Assembly (NCBI GenBank): GCA_001179505.1
Contig: CDMY01000235.1
Location: 93,322-157,321, forward strand
Source: Vitrella brassicaformis CCMP3155
Taxonomy: Eukaryota; Protista; Chromerida
Length of the DNA: 64,000 nt
Reading direction: 5' to 3'
The notes beneath the pieces were generated by a model, which saw only the letters and a list, made by a program, of their open reading frames with translations, was not told the DNA's origin and did not search any database. How positions within the stretch are numbered: the stretch's first letter is position 1; the number at the start of each line of letters is the position of its first letter. Position numbers and translations under genes: made by a program. Positions 61,378-64,000 of this stretch are shown here, one piece after another.

Positions 61378-63247
61378 ATGAACGGGTGGCGACTGCCTGA
61401 CACTGTCTGGCGTCAACTGAGTGCGCGCACGCCTTACTTTGTCTTGAAAACATCCTTTCAGGTGAGTACACGTGTCATTTCTTTGGGTTGGCTGCGGTGA
61501 CGGTATGGTGTATGGATGATGTTCAAGGATGACTGCATAGTCCGGTTCATTGCTGCGGTGGTCTCACTGTGCCCTGTTGGCATGCTTGTGTGGTCAGATG
61601 AATTTTGGGTAATTTTGGGTCTTTGTCCTGATGGCCGTCTCCTTTTCTCGACGAAGTCCTCTAACAGGTGAATGAAGTATTCAATGAATCATATGCCATT
61701 CCTGGGAAAAGCAAACGAGCCGAGGAGCTCACCGTCAACGTCAGCTGCCGACGACAGACATGTGCCGCATCGGAGAAGGCTGCCGCCAGCTCATCAGCTG
61801 GGTCTTCAGCAGGCCAGCTGGGTCTTCAGCAAGCCCCCGCCGTGGTTCCGCCATCTCTGCTCCCGCCTGCCCTCGCCCTTCAGCACCGCCACGCCCCAGT
61901 ACGACATGACCCTTCCCTGCAAAGCGAGAAGGCCACGAAGACCGGCGGCAAATGGGGATTCCCATCCGCTTTCCTTGAAGACAAGGGCGAGATGGCAGCC
62001 GGCATCGGCGCGCTCATCATCAGAGCACGGAGGAGGGAGGGGCCACAGGAGGGGAAGGAGGTGGCGCTGCGGATGCGCCCCAAAAGGGAGATACGGGAGG
62101 GCGAGGGCGAGGCGGATTTCATGGAGGAGGTGCAAAACGAGATAAGGGCGCTGGAGGGGGCGAGGGATCTGGACGGGGTCATCAACTTGCACGCTGTAAG
62201 TAACACTCACTGGTACGGAAAGCAAAGCACAAAGGAGAGCGAGCGTTGCTTGTGTGTTTGAACGTTCAATGTGTGTGTTGTGTCTAGGCCTACCACTTCG
62301 CATACATAACCTACTTAGAGATGGAGTTACTGTCGGCAGAGAGGCCCCTGAGCCGGCTCGCCAGCCGGCACCTCGACAGCGAGGGCCGGTCGGTGCTTTC
62401 GGAGACCCAGGCGGTCGAGTGGATGGCGCCCGTGGCTGACACCTACGCCAAGCTTCTGGAGCGAGGCATAGACCACGGGTTAGTCCCTTGGTGGGATGAC
62501 TGAATGAATGCCCTCCAGCTGAGCTGCCCTCTCTCTGTCTGGTTGATGTGTGCAGCGACCTACACCTCGACAACATTCAGTACGATCACCAAGGGCAGGC
62601 CAAGTTGATTGATGTTGAGCAGGCACAGCTCTACGACCCCCAGCACGTTAGCAGGATTGATGGATAGATGGATGGATGCATCACTCTGTTCTCTCTATCT
62701 GTGCGCGTCATCTGATACATGTATTACTATGCAGACCCGGCTGCTCAGCACAGGGCCCAACCCGAAAGGCGTGCGCTACTTCCAGGCCTCGAGGTCAGCT
62801 GCACCGCACGTGGGCAGTTAGTTCAGCCGATGTGTAGACTACCCATCTGTCTCCCCAATATATACATTGTGTCTCCCTGCCTGTTGCCTGCTGTGCAGAC
62901 GTACAGCCCCCACCGTCTGTTCGACCCAGACAAGGCGACGGTCTATGCCGTGGGGCGGATGGTGCGGATGTTGCTGGAGTACGGCCACGATCCAGCGACC
63001 CTCGACCCTCTGTCGGCACCGGTGAGTGAGGGAGCGCGGGGAACCGGTCAGACGTGTGTCTGTTGCTGGATGGATCTTTTCGCTGCAGTTTGGTCCGAGC
63101 CCGCTCCGCCGCAATGTGTCGCCCACGGCAGCCGACCTCATAAACCGCACGACGGCCATGAGCCCCTCTGCGAGGCCGACCATGGCGGAAGTGCTGGCGC
63201 ACCCATGGTACACACACACAGAAAGACAGACACACACACACACACAC

Positions 63248-63283
<36 letters not shown>

Positions 63284-63616
63284 CAGGAAGTAGCATACAC
63301 GAAAGCTTACACATAATTCATTAGGAGCGCTCCTGTGTGTGTTCCCTATGTGCAGGTTCCGCCAGGGCGCCGTGGCCCCCCCGTACGCCACGCCAACCCA
63401 GCTGCCCCATCACCCATCAGCACTTTCGTGACGCCACTGATGCCCGTCCCCGCCGCGCCCCTCCCCATGAGGCTGCCCGCACCAGCTGCCGCTTGCACAC
63501 ATGTACCCATCCCCACTCGAGTGGCCGCCCCTCTCGCATTCCCCTGCCGCGCCCAGGTCCATCCGCTGCCGATCGCGCACATGCCGCCGACGATGGTCGG
63601 CATAGTCCGAGCCTAG
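61378..63616 (+). CDS. Divergent protein kinase or pseudokinase with Pro-rich tail (about 8 exons)
   Basis: EVALRMRPK, EEVQNEIRAL, YLEMELL, HGDLHLDNIQY, AKLIDVEQA, YSPHRL, KATVYAVG, SPSARPTMAEVLAHPW. Confidence 0.75.
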
Positions 63617-64000
63617 GCATGGTGACTGGCGCTCTCCTCGCCCCCAGAGCAGAGAGGAGGAGCAGAGAGGAGGACGAAGCCCACTAGACCCCGAAGAGGA
63701 GCAAGGCAGAGCGGAGGGAATGATGGCGTGTGTTGGACGCGGGGAGGGTGGAAAGGTGGGTGGTTTTTGAGAGACAGACGCTTGTTGAGCTTGAGAGAGT
63801 GAGATGTTTGTGTCGGGCGGTCGATGGATGGGTTGATAGGATCTTTGTTTGGGATCCCCCATGATTGAGTTGGTGATTTCTCGGCTGTTTCTGCTCCTTT
63901 TCGGATGAGCGAGCGTGTATCGGACTACACCCAACCCCCTCCACCTACCCTCATCCCGCGAGACGGCGGCGGGCCCCCCTGTTGCGCATGCAACGAGAAA

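Noticed and set aside
1-64000. tRNA, rRNA, snRNA genes and intact transposon ORFs
   Set aside because: No cloverleaf/box A-B, rRNA-like, reverse transcriptase, integrase or transposase signatures recognised by eye; a tRNAscan/Infernal run would be needed to exclude them formally.

Overview
Gene-dense, GC-rich eukaryotic genomic DNA with many short (about 60-120 nt) GT-AG introns rich in CA/TG microsatellites. The style and gene content suggest the chromerid alveolate Vitrella brassicaformis (inference, not verified). By splicing exons by eye I can support about 17 protein genes: NUP188-like (running off the left edge), a bacterial-type Asp/Glu-racemase/maleate-isomerase-fold enzyme, SURNod19-like, a small single-TM protein, IFT46, TCD1/TcdA, a NIPA-like transporter, an NHL-repeat protein, THOC7-like, CLPTM1, an HRC-type Cys-rich HDEL protein, a large coiled-coil/low-complexity protein, MsrA, two very divergent kinases, IWS1-like, an Alba + macrodomain-like fusion, and a BTB + TLDc-like tandem protein. 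Two regions hold gene-fragment relics (15.9-17.1 kb and 26.7-29.5 kb), and there is a 300-N gap flanked by a 706-bp duplication. No tRNA, rRNA or CRISPR was seen. The most notable signals are (i) the Alba-macrodomain fusion, (ii) introns with 5' AC-rich and 3' GT-rich complementary halves that could fold back, (iii) four long intergenic fold-back hairpins, one with 50 of 54 ungapped positions paired, and (iv) a probably horizontally acquired racemase-fold enzyme lacking both catalytic cysteines. Family assignments are from remembered motifs, not database searches; exon boundaries are manual and approximate.
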